A DNA stretch of 64,000 bases, taken from Paragordius varius. Lineage: Eukaryota; Animalia; Nematomorpha. This document shows positions 1 through 12,708 of this stretch, piece by piece. The stretch spans positions 2,356,001 through 2,420,000 of the forward strand of contig OZ176056.1 in NCBI GenBank assembly GCA_964247055.1. The letters are read 5' to 3'. The notes under the pieces were generated by a model. The model had not been told where the DNA came from. It ran no database searches and worked only from the letters and a program-made list of their open reading frames with translations. Both the position numbers and the translations under genes were made by a program. Within the stretch, counting starts at the first letter, position 1, and every line of letters starts with the position of its first letter.

Positions 1-1440
1 TATACTTATTGCGTGGGAAAATTTAGATATCCAGAGATATGTTATGAAAAACCCTAACGCACCCGAAACTGGTAAGTTTTTATCTCTAAAAAAAATAGAA
101 AGTTAAAATTATAAATTGATTAAATTTTTTAAAAAGATAAAAACTTTTAAATTATGTTAAGTATTTTTATTTAAGGTGTTTTATACGACAAAACAAAGTT
201 AAACATTTTAAATAAATGTAAATACCTAGACCGAAACTGGTAATAAGCTCTTTAATTTAGCTTAAAATCACCGAATTTACCTTTTTTAAATGGTTTTGTA
301 AAATAATTTTTGGTAAAATAAAATGGTACATTATTAAAATTTATTACAATTTATAATTATATACATTCTGATAGAAGTCAAAATAGTTTTACTAACCCCG
401 AATCAAGAAAAAGATAAATCACATTTCATTGATAAAGAGGTATAATATAATATATAAAATATTTTCTTTAAATTTTTAGTGTAAACTGTTATTTAATTTT
501 TTTTGATGAAATTAGTCGGGTGTTGAAATGGAAATTATTGAAAGTCAATCACTGCTTGAATGGTTAGCCAATAATTACAAATCATTTGGTATGTCCGTAT
601 ACATTTTTTTATAGATTTTTTTTGTTATCTATATAATTAAATTTTTATTTATACCATTTACACCTCGAAACCTGAACAATTCAAATTCACCATAAAATAA
701 ATTATGTGCTTTTTTAAAATTAAAAATTACTAATTACCTATATTTTTTACATATCTATAAAATGAAATTTAAAATTAAAATAATACCAAAAAAATTATAA
801 ACTATGCAATAAAGATATATTTTATATTAATGATGAGTTTTATTAGACCGAAAACACATAATATATTTTGACAATGTTTAAGGGTTAATTTTAATTTTAA
901 ATGCCTATTATAACAGTTTCGACGGGTAAATATATTTATGACCGAGTGGCCTTTTTTAAACATGACCCCGGTTAAATTTACATCTGTTTTTTACATATAA
1001 AATAATGTTATAAAATTTAAATTTAATGTAAAAAAATGGTGCTAAAATTTTAAAGTTTATTAATTTTTATTGGCTTAATTTTATTTTTAACATATTTTAC
1101 CTTGTTTTTACTGAATAGGACTGTAGCTTGTAAGCGGATTTCCTAAAAGCCTTAACTTATAAATTATATGATTATATAGTATTTAACTAAAAAAAATTAA
1201 TTTTTCCCAAACTTATGTTATATAATATATTAATTCCATTTAGGTGCAAGCCTTGAAATCATAACAGATAAATCCCAAGAAGGTTCCCAATTTTGTCGTG
1301 GGTTTAGTGGTATAGGCGGGATCCTAAGATACAAAGTTGATTTTCAAACGCTGGAGAATTTTGAAACTAATTACGATAGTTATGGACTGAATGGTGATGC
1401 TGATAGCCAAGATGAATTTGATTTAGATGATTATATGTAG
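1..1440 (+). CDS. ETF1: Eukaryotic peptide chain release factor subunit 1, 3' part (5' end lies outside the window)
   Basis: Exons <1-71, 375-439, 516-588 and 1244-1440 with GT-AG introns and consistent phases. Translation: [104 protein letters not shown]...DEFDLDDYM*. This is colinear with the eRF1 C-terminal domain. Stop TAG at 1438-1440. Confidence 0.97.
650..933. mobile_element. MITE family A, degenerate copy in an eRF1 intron
   Basis: Starts TATACCATTTA, carries AACAATTCAAATTCACC and shares internal sequence with the copies at 22039, 27857, 46006 and 48935. The right end is eroded. Confidence 0.7.
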
Positions 1441-2420
1441 GGAGAGAGCTATATACATACATTGTTGCAAAAAATGCGTTTTTCGTTGATCTAAATGTGG
1501 TTTTTATCGCAAAAAAAGCTTATAAACGATAAAAAACTCGCCTGAAAACCATACAATATATTGGATGGGATTTTTATATGACAGTATGTGTAAATACCTT
1601 TTAAAAATGCGAATTTATCATGAGTGTAATTATAAATTTCCTGTACATTTTTGAAAATATATACAATACCCATTATCTTTTATCTTCCATATTTTCAATA
1701 ATATTAACGCATTTTTTCCAAACTTACCATACAACGTATATGATTTTTCTATGTGAGAATGATTTAATATTAATTATTATTTTGTGTAAATATTTTTTAC
1801 AATAAATTTGTAAATTATGTTATAACTTTACATCCAATTATTAAATAATATATTATGATCAATAATTTATATAATCAATCATATCTTTATTTTTTTTTTA
1901 ATTCAAAAATTATTGTTAAAAAACCAGCATGTGCAAAAAATAAATATATAATTTCCTTTTATATTCTGTATCTAATATATATATATATATATATATATGC
2001 ACAATCTAAATTATTATTTTACAAAATGTTCTGTTTCTGTAAAGGTATCGTTGAAGATATTTTTTATCTATTATTGCATCGTAACCAATTTTCAGTATAA
2101 TTGTGCGTTTTGGTAGACTTCTATTTTTAGAGGCATTCTTGTAAGAATATGGGCAATCAAACTCCATTTGTAGAAAATAAATGGAAAGTAAAAAAATGGA
2201 TTAAATCAAAAAAAAGGAAAAATAATGGTTTTAAGCATTTTGCCAAAACGTTTGTGCTAACTTGACAAAAATTTTATATTAAATAAATGTGTAAAAATAA
2301 TACCCTAGATGTTCAAAATCACGAACTCTAAATTTAGCGTTTTAAGCGAAAAACCAACTCTTTTAAAAAATTTTTGAAACGATATTCCTGAAAAGGTTGA
2401 CCGTATAAATAGGTCATACT

Positions 2421-2600
2421 CAAACCCCGGCCCAAAGGCCGCATGCAGCAGTAAAAGTGCTTTTATATGGTCCTGATATCATATTAGAATTTTCGATGAA
2501 AGCTATGAAAATAAACTTATATAAAATGCACGGCCCTTGAGACAAAATAATTATTTTTTTTATTAAATTACACGCTCCCGCGTTCGACCCATCTGGCGCA
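2421..2600. mobile_element. hAT-like MITE remnant (family D)
   Basis: GC-rich motifs CATACTCAAACCCCGGCCC..GGCCGCATGC and GCACGGCCC resemble the copies at 21546 and 47876. Confidence 0.45.
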
Positions 2601-3069
2601 ACTTCAAAAACGAAAAATTCTTAATAAATTTTATATTATATTTATTGGTATCTATTTATCTTCAAAGTTTATTCTATCTTTTATCACTTATCCTATACTT
2701 TAAATTTTGTTATAACATACCTATTCCCATTTTTGTTTTTGGACGTAGGACTTACCGTTGGCCTTTTCCTATAATTTGCCTATTAATTCTCTTAAAATAT
2801 ATAGATTGTATTCTTGGATAAGTATTGTAGCACTATTTTATTTTATTTTTTACTATGACACAAAAAATAACCCTTGATTTATATTGTTTTATACATAAAT
2901 TTTGCTTTTAATTTTTTATTGCGAAATATAATTTCCGTTTTTACCTATAGCCTAGGTTTTTTTTAACATCTATCAATTTGTCATAATTAGTTCGACACTT
3001 CAATTTTATTATTTTTATTTGTTTGTTTGAAGCTGTCAAATGAATATTTATGTGTATAGTAATATCCAG

Positions 3070-5787
3070 TCAGGCCTGGCCAGCCGCGGTTTTGATGTTG
3101 TGGCCAATAATACAAAGAGAATGAACGGGATGTATGTGTTTTGCTAGTTTAAATGTTGGTTCATTGAAAAGTAAGTTAAATGATATTGTGAGGATAATGA
3201 AAGTTAAACATAATGATATTTTGGCATTACAAGAGAATCGTTACCGCGGAAACGGAGCAAGGACTTTGGAAGAGAATTATCGTCTATAATACTCAGGTGA
3301 AAGTGACAGACGAAATGGAGTGGCAGTTATCATTCAAAGTCCAATCATGTTAAAGAGGTCAGACGCTATAACGGCCGAATCATGAATTTAGATATTTTGG
3401 TAGGTAACGAGGTCATAACGGTATTTAGTGTATATGCCCTGCAAATAGGTTTACCAAAACAAGAAAAGGAGGAATTTTACGATACTCTAGATGAAAAATT
3501 AGTCGCTCTCCCTCAGCTCAGACTCAAGTTTTTATGTGGGTTTAATGGTCATCTTGGTTCAAAAAGGGAATCTTTTGAAATATGGCAGGGGGTCATTCTT
3601 ATGGAGAAAGAAACGAGGAAGGAATTAATTTGCTAAGATTTGCCCAATTTCACAATTTGGCGATACCGAACACGTTTTTTGAAAAAAGAGATAGTCATCT
3701 AGTAACTTTTAAAAGCGGCATAAACAAATCTCAAATAGATTTTATACTTTTTAAAGACTTATTGAAGCTAGTAATATGTAAGGTCGTGCCAAACTTAGAG
3801 GTTAGTTCGTAACATAATTTACTTATTTGTAAATTTTTCGTGAAAGATAAGTCTAAACAAGGTTCTTTATCAAAGAGATATATAAGTGTAAAGTGGAAGA
3901 AATTATCCGAAAAAAGGCAGGCTTTTATAAAAGAAATACGGTTATCCGATGATGGTGGGTTAAATGGTGATTGGGATAAAGTAAGAGTTAATCAAAAAGA
4001 ACTCTAGTTTGTGGATTCAAAGGCGGAATATCTCAAGTATACAGAGAGGCTTGGCTTTACGATGAAAGAATAATATTGATGTCACGAGAAAAAGGTAAGG
4101 CTTTTGACTAATGGAGACATACAAGGAATGATGATGATAGAGATAAGTATAAAAGTTTTAACAAGGAGAAAAATTAGTCGGCCAGGTTAAGAAAGAAAAG
4201 ATGAATTTATTTTATGATGAGTTAAATAGTAACCAAGGTTTAAACAAAGTGAAAGTTGCGCAGCAAAGGAATTAACGCAGGATAGATTTGCCAGGTTATG
4301 CGACTGCAATAAAAGGAAAAGATGGAGGCTTGCTGTGCGAAAATGTAGAAATATTAAAAAGATGGAAAGAGTACTTTGTGAGTTTAGATGAAGGGGTAGG
4401 CGAGATATTTTTGCCAAATACAGTTGAAGCTACTGATAGACCAATAGAAGCAATTACACAAAAGGAAGTAGAATCTAATTTGTTAGAAATGCCAAACAAC
4501 AAAGCTGTATGATCGGACGACATAAATATAAATTGTTGGAAAGTGCTTGGAAACTCTGGATTAAATTTTTTCGAGCGTGTATTTAATAAAGTTGTTTCAA
4601 CGTATGAAATCCCGGTTGAATGGAAGGAAAGTTTAACTGTGCCTTTATTTAAAGGAAAAGGTGATAGAATGTAGTAACTATAGAGGGATAAAACTTATAT
4701 CGCACACTATGAAATTGTTTGAAAAAATAATTGAAAGGCGAATCAGGAAAATGATATCTATAAAAGGAATTCAATTTGGCTGCAGGAAAGTCAACAATAG
4801 ATCCTATACATGCGGTTAGGAGGTTGATTGAAAAACACATTGAAAAAAAGAATTACACGGGGTTTTAATTGATATAGAGAAGGCGTCTGACAGGATTTCT
4901 AGAGAAACTATTTGGAGTCTCCGTCGTAAAAAGGTGCCAGAAAGTTATATTAAGTTGTTACAAATAATGTTCGAATCATACAGGACGAGGTAGCCAAGGT
5001 TGTTAATGTGAGTTCAGGATGGTACTTAATGTGTGCAGATGACATAATCATCTTGTCTAATTCATTAATTGAGTTAAAGCGAACGGTAAACATATGGGTT
5101 GTTATACTGGATCAATATGGTCTGAAAGCAAACAAAGCAAAAACCGAACTTATTACTTTTGGGGGTCCACAACATGAAATGGTAGTTGATGATAGTTGGG
5201 TTCTGAAGGGTAAAGAAAGTTGCAAATATCTGGGAGCTATGTTAAGTGCAGATGGTTCGTTGACTGATGATTTTATTTAAGAATAAAGAGCAGCTGGGTA
5301 AATTGAAAGAAAATTAGCGTATTATGCGATCGAAATATTGATGTTAGAGTGAAAGGTAAGATTTACAGTTCAGTTGTCCAGCCCTCAATGATGTATAATT
5401 CACAGACGTGGGGTGTCAAAAAATCCGAAAAAAGACATTTTAACGTGACTGAAATGAAAATGCTCAGAATGATGTGTGGGGTAACAAGAAAGGACAGAAT
5501 CGAGAATAGATTTATTCGTGGGCGCACAGATATTAAACCAATAGTGGAAAGAATGTCAAAAAATAGGCTATGTTGGTTCGGACACATCGAAAGGAGAGAT
5601 TCTAATTATATTGCAAAAATAATAGATGGTTGTATAGTTGAGGGAAAACGAGGACGTGGGCGACCTAAAACAAAATGGATAGATACAGTAAAAAGAGAGC
5701 CTAATGCAGAGGACGCCATAGATAGAGTTTTATGGCGAGACAGGTTGCATGACCTGACCGCTAAAGATAGAAAGAAAGAAAGAAAAC
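3070..5787 (+). mobile_element. Decayed RTE-clade non-LTR retrotransposon (APE endonuclease + RT), near full length and pseudogenised
   Basis: Frameshifted pieces: endonuclease (FASLNVGSL, ILALQENRY, GFNGHLG, SQIDFIL), RT (YRGIKL, MCADDIIIL, KYLGAML) and the RTE C-terminus (YNSQTW..EMKMLRMMCGVTRKDRIEN..RLCWFGHIERR..GKRGRGRPKTKW). It has multiple stops, lacks the QG..LSP block near 5000 and ends in a (GAAA)n tail at ~5769-5786. No TSD found. Confidence 0.93.
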
Positions 5788-5894
5788 GAGTGAAAACATG
5801 TAATGTAATAATAATAAAGAGCCGATTTTTTTGGTACCATTAATAGATATTTCAGTCAAAAAAATACGTAATTTATATATTCTGCTAATAAATT

Positions 5895-6270
5895 GTATCA
5901 GAATTATCATGGTGCTTTTGGTTTTGGACCTTACACGAATTAAGAACGCTATTTAATTTGTACTAAGAGTGCTCCATATCAAAAAATGGCGAAATTTGCC
6001 ACATTTTTTATATAAATTTTTTAAGCCAAAGCCAAATGCTTCATTGCAAAAAATATCAGTAAAATGTATACCACGAGCTCACAAAAAATACAAGCAGGGG
6101 AGTATGAAATATATGTAAAAACAAAATTATGTTTTAGAAAATTTTTATTTGATGGCTTCGAAAATTTTAGATATTTTCTCTCTTCTAAAATGTCTTAAAA
6201 TAAACGCAAAAATGCCGGCGCGCTATGAATTTTTAATAAATGATAAATTTAAATATAATTAAAAAGTTTA
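5895..6270 (+). mobile_element. Left arm of long-TIR foldback element family C
   Basis: TATCAGAATTATCATGGTGCTTTTGGTTTTGG start and internal AAATGCTTCATT / AATAAACGCAAAAATG motifs are shared with 33888-34910 and 58017-58857. Confidence 0.65.
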
Positions 6271-7087
6271 TTTTTAACAAAACTTTGTTGAAGCATACTT
6301 CATACTATTTATAGGAATGATGGAAATGGTATATAAACACCTTAAGATTTTATCAAACACTTTTTCTCCATAGCTTGATGATGGTATTACTATCACCTCA
6401 GAATTTTGATGAATATGTTCATCCGCCTTCAAATTTTCGTTAAAAAAATGTGTATTTTACAGTAATTTATCCCCAAAATTGTAAAGCATACATAAAATCT
6501 TAAGATATACAGATTTTGTCGTCGATATATATGATAAGTGTTTTTAAACCGTTTCCACTATGCCTCAAAATAGTAAGAATACACTTCAACAAATTTTGGA
6601 AAATTGGTTACAGATAGGTACTACTATTTTAGTCTCCAATTTTAACGAAATTGCTGTTTCCGAAAAAACAGAATTATTTGAAATTATAACAATTATAAAT
6701 AACATATTTTGCGTATTACTTAGTAATTTTATAGTATTTTAAATCTACAGGCTTTTTGGATAACCACATGCAGCCCGCGGGTCTCGTGTGGGACACCCCT
6801 GGTTTATACCAATAAGATAGCATTAGGACTGATAAGAAAAAATAATAATGATCCACATTTTACAAAAAAAAAATTATATTTTTTAGAAAATAAATATGTG
6901 TCAAATATAATATTTTATAAGGTTATAAACGAAGTAAGGTCTATATTTATACATATTGAATTTATGGTTAGGCCATTCTACAATATTACTTCGAAATAGT
7001 TTTAGTGAAATATTTTTTTCTATTTTATACTACTGTTTACGCTTACATTCACATATAAAATCTAATATCATGCATTACAAAACTAAA

Positions 7088-8513
7088 ATGGTAAAATTAA
7101 ATTCGGGCCACCAAATGCCAATGATTGGACGTATTATTATATTTTTAATGTTTAGTTGGAACCTATTTGGTCAAAGAACGCGATGTGATATTCAAAATTG
7201 TTGACGCGGCTTTGGAAGCTGGTTATAGAGCTATTGGTTTATAAATTATTTGAATATTAGATACTGCTCAATTCTATCAAAATGAAACATTTATTGGGGA
7301 AGCACTGAAAGAATTTCTTCCGAAATATAAATTGAAACGCGAAGATATTTTTCTAACGACAAAATTAGGTAACGTTTATTCCTACATTACTCAATATCAT
7401 TATTGTTTTATATTTTAAATTATATTTTAAAAAATATATATATTATTATATTTCTTTATAATAATACCTTTCATATGCAAATTTACAAAATAAAAGCATG
7501 TTTCTTTTCCTGTTTACCAAATAGTTAGTATTTTTTAAATATTTATAGTAGCTAAAATTTAGCGCACAAATGTTTGTTACTATATTTATATACCTATTTT
7601 TTAACCTTTTTATAAATATATAGATATGGTCTTTGTGGTTTTATTTAAATATGCATTATATCTTGATTGTGGTTGTTAATTTATTAAGGTTTTAATAAGG
7701 ATAAAATTGGATTAATTTTTTACAAAATGCCCATCGTCCGAAATCTAATTTTTATATTTTCAAATGCTTTAATTTTTTGCAATTTATTAATATAAAATTT
7801 TTTACTATGCAAAAAATTGACTTTTAATAAATATATATATATATATATATATGTAAGTTAAACCTTATTTAATTTTAGCTACCACGAATCAAGGTGAAAA
7901 GGCGCGCCAGTCAATTGAAACTTCGTTAAAGAATTTACAAACGCCTTACTTGGACCTTCTTCTTATCCATTGGCCGGGAACTAGTGGAATAAACGAACAA
8001 GACCCCAAGAATGTAACAAACAGAGCCTTAAGCTGGCAAACCATGGAAAAAATGGTGGAGGAAGGAAAACTTAAAAGCATAGGCGTTTCCAATTATATGA
8101 TTAAGCATTTGGAACCTATGATGAAAGATAGTGCGGTTAAGATTAAACCTGCCGTGAATCAGTGTGAATTTCATCCCTATCTGTATACGAAAGAATTGCT
8201 CGAATACTGCAAGGAACATGGGATAGCGTTTGAGGCGTACAGTTCTTTGGGGTCAGCCGATGGCTTCAAAGAACTTACCTCGGATGGCGTAGTGAACGAA
8301 GTCGCCAAAAAGCATAGCGTTAGCACGGCTAAGGTTCTGCTCAGATGGCCACTTCAACACGAAGTCATTATAATCCCGAAATCGAGTAATCCGACACGCG
8401 TTAAAGATAACATTGATCTTGATGGGTTTTCACTGGATGCCGAGGATATGAAACGATTGGACGGTCTTAATCGCAACAAGCATTGGTGTTGGGACCCCAA
8501 TAAAGTCATATAA
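7088..8513 (+). CDS. Aldo-keto reductase family protein
   Basis: Exons 7088-7130, 7156-7236, 7261-7368 and 7879-8513; introns of 25, 24 and 510 nt. The spliced product has MPMIGLGTY, AIDTAQFYQNE (catalytic Asp/Tyr), IFLTTKL (Lys), YLDLLLIHWP (His), SIGVSNY, NQCEFHP and IIPKSSNPTR. Confidence 0.96.
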
Positions 8514-10821
8514 TAATGGGAACTTTAGATCCATTATATTTATACCTAATTATCTAGCAAAATAAAAATAGCCATCTTATTATTCATTCTTTTAGTCAAT
8601 TATAAAAATCTTTAATATATTTTATTTCAATATTATTATCATTTTATTTTATCACAACGTGTTATAGAATATTATAAATAAATAATTTTTCTTTTATATA
8701 ACTGTATATTCATTATCATTAATTATATAAATTCTATCAAAATTTGCGTGCACAAACCCATAAAGATCTATAAAAAAACTAATCATGATACGAAATGGTT
8801 AGTAATTTTAACTTTGCTTTTTACCTCTGTTATTTTTATCCTTAATTATGCATGCAGTACAAGGCAAAACACTGCCTGTTTTTTAACATTTTATTTCGGA
8901 TGGATAATTACTTTATTTATCAGCTTTAGTGTGCATACTGGTTTTGAAACCTTACTATATTGATTCAAATGATAATTCATTGACCGTTGATGCTGGAATT
9001 ATCCTTTGGAAAAGTATAGGGAGTTTGGCACTTAGTTGATTTAATTTGGATAAGTACTGATATATTTAAGTAATTTTTTTGATTTAGAGCTAAATCCAAT
9101 CGAAATACGGACAAATAAAAATAACAGTTTTTTTTCAAAAGGCAACCATACTTTTTTAATCCTAATTTATCCTATAAAAATCATTTTGTAACAATTGTAA
9201 AATATGTAATTAATTGTGTTACCAATATTTTCATTTTATATGGAGTTTAAATCACTTAGATATATTAAAAAATCGTTTTCTAAATTATGGTTGTATTTTA
9301 GAAAAAATATTTCACTTTATATTATTACGTTTTGTCCGTATTTCTATTTTTACTGTAAGTTTTTTAAAACCAATTCTTAAACGGCTTTGAAACGGTCTCT
9401 CATAAACTTATAAGAAATCAGCTATTCCTATTTTTTAGCATAAAAATTATTTGCCAAGCGAATGCGCAGATCATAAGTTTTTCGCTATTCAAAAAATAGA
9501 AATCATTAAAATACATGTCTTTATAGCCCGGCAAATATATAAGCCCATTTGATTTATTGAGCTCAGTTGTTACATTTATAAATGTAGTAATCAAGCACCT
9601 TTTTTAATTGGCCTTGACTTTAAATTAGAAAATGTATGCGAATATATTTAATTGAAATTCCAATTATTTTACTTGCTTTGCGATGGTCATGTTCCTCGCA
9701 GTCATTATCTTGTTAAAACAACAACGTTTAACCCAAATCTCAAAAGTAATTTCCATTTTATAAATGTTCTTTACCAATAGAATATATTGTAAAATTTAGT
9801 CATCTTTTATTAAAAATTAGTTATTTGGTGACGCAAACAAATTTAAAGCATATCAATTAATGGTAGTTTTTTCCATTGAAAATAAACAGTACTTTATACT
9901 TATTAAAGGGGAAATTTTCCAATGCTCATTTTGATGTACATATTAAAAAACTTACATACGCTAATTTATTTTTTCAACCGTTTGCAGAATATTTTTACAA
10001 CGGTTAATAAATTTATACTTGGTATATATCACTTATCCAGTTTTTTTGAATCAGATCCAAGTTAAAAAAAATAATTTATCTTCTTATAAGAACCGAAATT
10101 AATCTTTTCAATGCGTGCTTTGGTTTGGTAAACTAACTTAACAATTTTTATAAAGTCATATATATCCTTATATAATATTTTTTGTTGAATAAGCACAGTT
10201 ATTTATTTATTCTTATATATTTTTTTAGCGTGATATTTCTGTCACCTTACATCGATCCACTATATTCTAATTATTATTCTACCAGTCATTATATCGTGCT
10301 TACGAAAACTAATGAATTATTTATTTTTTGTTCTGATACAATTCATAAACTATTTCAAGTAACTTTGTTTTTCACCTAAAACAATCTTTTACATTTGACA
10401 TTTTATGGTTAATAAGAATAGATGGTGAAAAATTGGAGTTATTAAGGTTTGTCAAGTGATACAGTAATACAGTAAAAATTTGTTAAATCATATTAAGAAA
10501 ACGTAAAAATATATAAACAAGGACTTTTTTTTAAAAGACCGCTGTACTTTATTAAATTTCTTTTTTTAAACAATTCATTGTAAAAGTATGTAAGATTTAG
10601 ATTAGTAACAATGTGAATGTATTTTATTATTGTAAACACATAAATTGTATAAATGAAAAATTAAGGTTTTAAATGTATGGTTATCTTGTGAAAAGAAAAC
10701 ATTTATCTTTATTTTTTTACGTTTAGTTGTGATAAAAATTACTCTGTATTGACTAATATACCTATATTTTAAACTTTAATAAGATTATAATCATCTGTTT
10801 TTATGTACCTTTTACTAACTA

Positions 10822-11495
10822 ATGTCCATAATGAAATATACTATATATAAGCTAAAAAAGTTGGAACTTATTGAAGAGGAAATCGTGCTATATAAGGATA
10901 AAAGAGAACGAAAACGTCTGCGTCGCCTGGAGCGAGCTAGAGCGCGAAGACGGGAGGCTAGAAAAAGGACAAGTATTAGGGACTCCCGAAATTTACCCAT
11001 ACCCGCAGACGTTGATCCTAATGATAGGCCCACATGCAGTGACACACTTACCAGATATAATGATAATATCTGGATGACCAACACATTAATGACATTACTA
11101 ACCCCTTGAACAATTATGCTACACCTACAGGTATTAATACGCACATAGGGTTTAACATTTAGAGTATAGGTCTTATTCTTATGTCTATTACATATGGCTA
11201 TGATTGATTTCGAATCATAAATAGGTTTTGTATTGGGCTAAAAGGTTACCAATCTAAGATTGATAAGCAAAAATATTCATTTATCACATATGTATTTTAC
11301 CTTAATCAAAGATGTAACTTACATGTCTATATCTATAATGTACCACTATATCCTTAGATGCAACTCCACCCCCAACGCTACTAGACAGCTGTCACTGAAC
11401 CACCATTTGGTGTATGGAAGGACAGCAAGGGACGTCTTTTGTGGACAGTGGCGACATGGGTCTGCTACACCCTTTTCTTGATACACCTTGATTTC
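10822..11495 (+). mobile_element. 5'-truncated 3' relic of a LINE related to the element at 12761-18355
   Basis: The 95-aa ORF ends in RYNDNIWMTNTLMTL, versus TDNDNMWITLTLETL in the intact LINE. The DNA matches too (ATAATGATAATATxTGGAT..ACATTA). It is followed by a GC-rich segment at 11355-11495 ending CACCC..TGATA. Confidence 0.6.
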
Positions 11496-11639
11496 TAAAT
11501 TCATTTCAGAGAGTGCAACTGACGTATTACTTAATTTATGACTGATTGTAAAATGCAAATAAAATTTAGTATTAATATTTTCCACATATCTTTAAACTCC
11601 CATAAAAGACCTATAAATATAGTTATTAAAAAGTTTCCA

Positions 11640-11941
11640 TTTTTGAAAATAATATTTGAAATATAGCATACACATAAAATTTTTTATCGAGCAATCTCGG
11701 TCCTTTAGCCTTTGTTTTAAGAACTTGTCTATTTCGGACGGGTCAACAATATAAGTTCAGAGTCACATCTAAAATTTAATAAAATATAAAAATATTATTT
11801 TGCTTTCTATATCTAGTTTGATGAAGAATTTAGCTTTCGCCAAAAAATTTTATTTAGCGTAAGTGCCGATTATTGATATGAAGCCATACAAATAATTAAC
11901 TTTCTAAAACGTAAGGGCCAAAACCACCATGATACTGATAC
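11640..11941 (-). mobile_element. Right arm of foldback family C
   Basis: Ends CCAAAACCACCATGATACTGATA, the reverse complement of the family C left terminus, and is similar to 34630-34910. Confidence 0.65.
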
Positions 11942-12608
11942 ATTGTTCTATCATATATGTATTTCATCAAGATGTTTTTATGGACATTTTATATGCATTG
12001 AAGTTAAATACAATATATAAAAATTATGTCATTTCGGATATTTTTTAGTATTGGGATGCAAAATGTAACAAAAGCATCTATTAAAATTGATATATTACAT
12101 ATTTTATAAATATGTAACAGGCACATGCTTGAAAATTTAAACTTTGACCAATGATCGCTTTTAAAAAATTTTCTGACTCTGAACATTTGACATAAACATT
12201 ATCTCCAGAATTCAATGCTATTTTATCGCCGCATGAAATTTATTAAATTCTTCTTTTTAGATGTCTTTATTTTATTGCATTGGTTTTTTATTTAATAGCT
12301 TGTTTGCCGCAAAATTATATAATTCAATCAATGTACTCCGTTTAACTTCCCAAAATTAGCAAATATAGCTTAAATAATGTTTAGGTTTATAAAAAATTAA
12401 CCAATTAACATAATTGTTTTATAAATTTTAAGGTTATATATTTAAAAGCACCATGATAATATATATTTCTATTAAAATCTTATTTTACTATAAGTATTTT
12501 ATAAATATTTGGCACAAATAACAATCCTTATAACCACACAGAGAGTCAAATTTTAAAACATTTATGGGACATAATAAAACTTGCATTTAGCTTTTATAAT
12601 AATTCCAT

Positions 12609-12644
<36 letters not shown>

Positions 12645-12708
12645 CAGTGGAAATGTAAATATTTTATAATATCAACACCAAGCACATTTATTTGTATTAC
12701 GAAAGCAC

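Noticed and set aside
231-243. CCGAAACTGGTAA repeats the eRF1 exon/donor junction at 63-75
   Set aside because: Only 13 bp with no upstream acceptor or open frame, so chance or a trivial micro-duplication.
3068-3105. GC-rich 5' end of the decayed RTE, considered as an HDV-like ribozyme
   Set aside because: Only a GGCCA/TGGCC stem is visible; the nested double pseudoknot cannot be built.
8748-10379. Short hydrophobic ORFs in the ORF track (8748-8963, 10182-10379 and many similar elsewhere)
   Set aside because: F/I/L/K/N/Y-rich translations expected from ~80% AT DNA, with no recognisable motif or consistent splice chain.
5895-11941. Family C left and right arms bracketing the AKR gene like a composite (Pack-type) transposon
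   Set aside because: Solo family C ends are common here (e.g. ~12445, ~53515, ~61995), the only possible TSD is TA, and complete copies are about 1 kb. Independent fragments explain it more simply.
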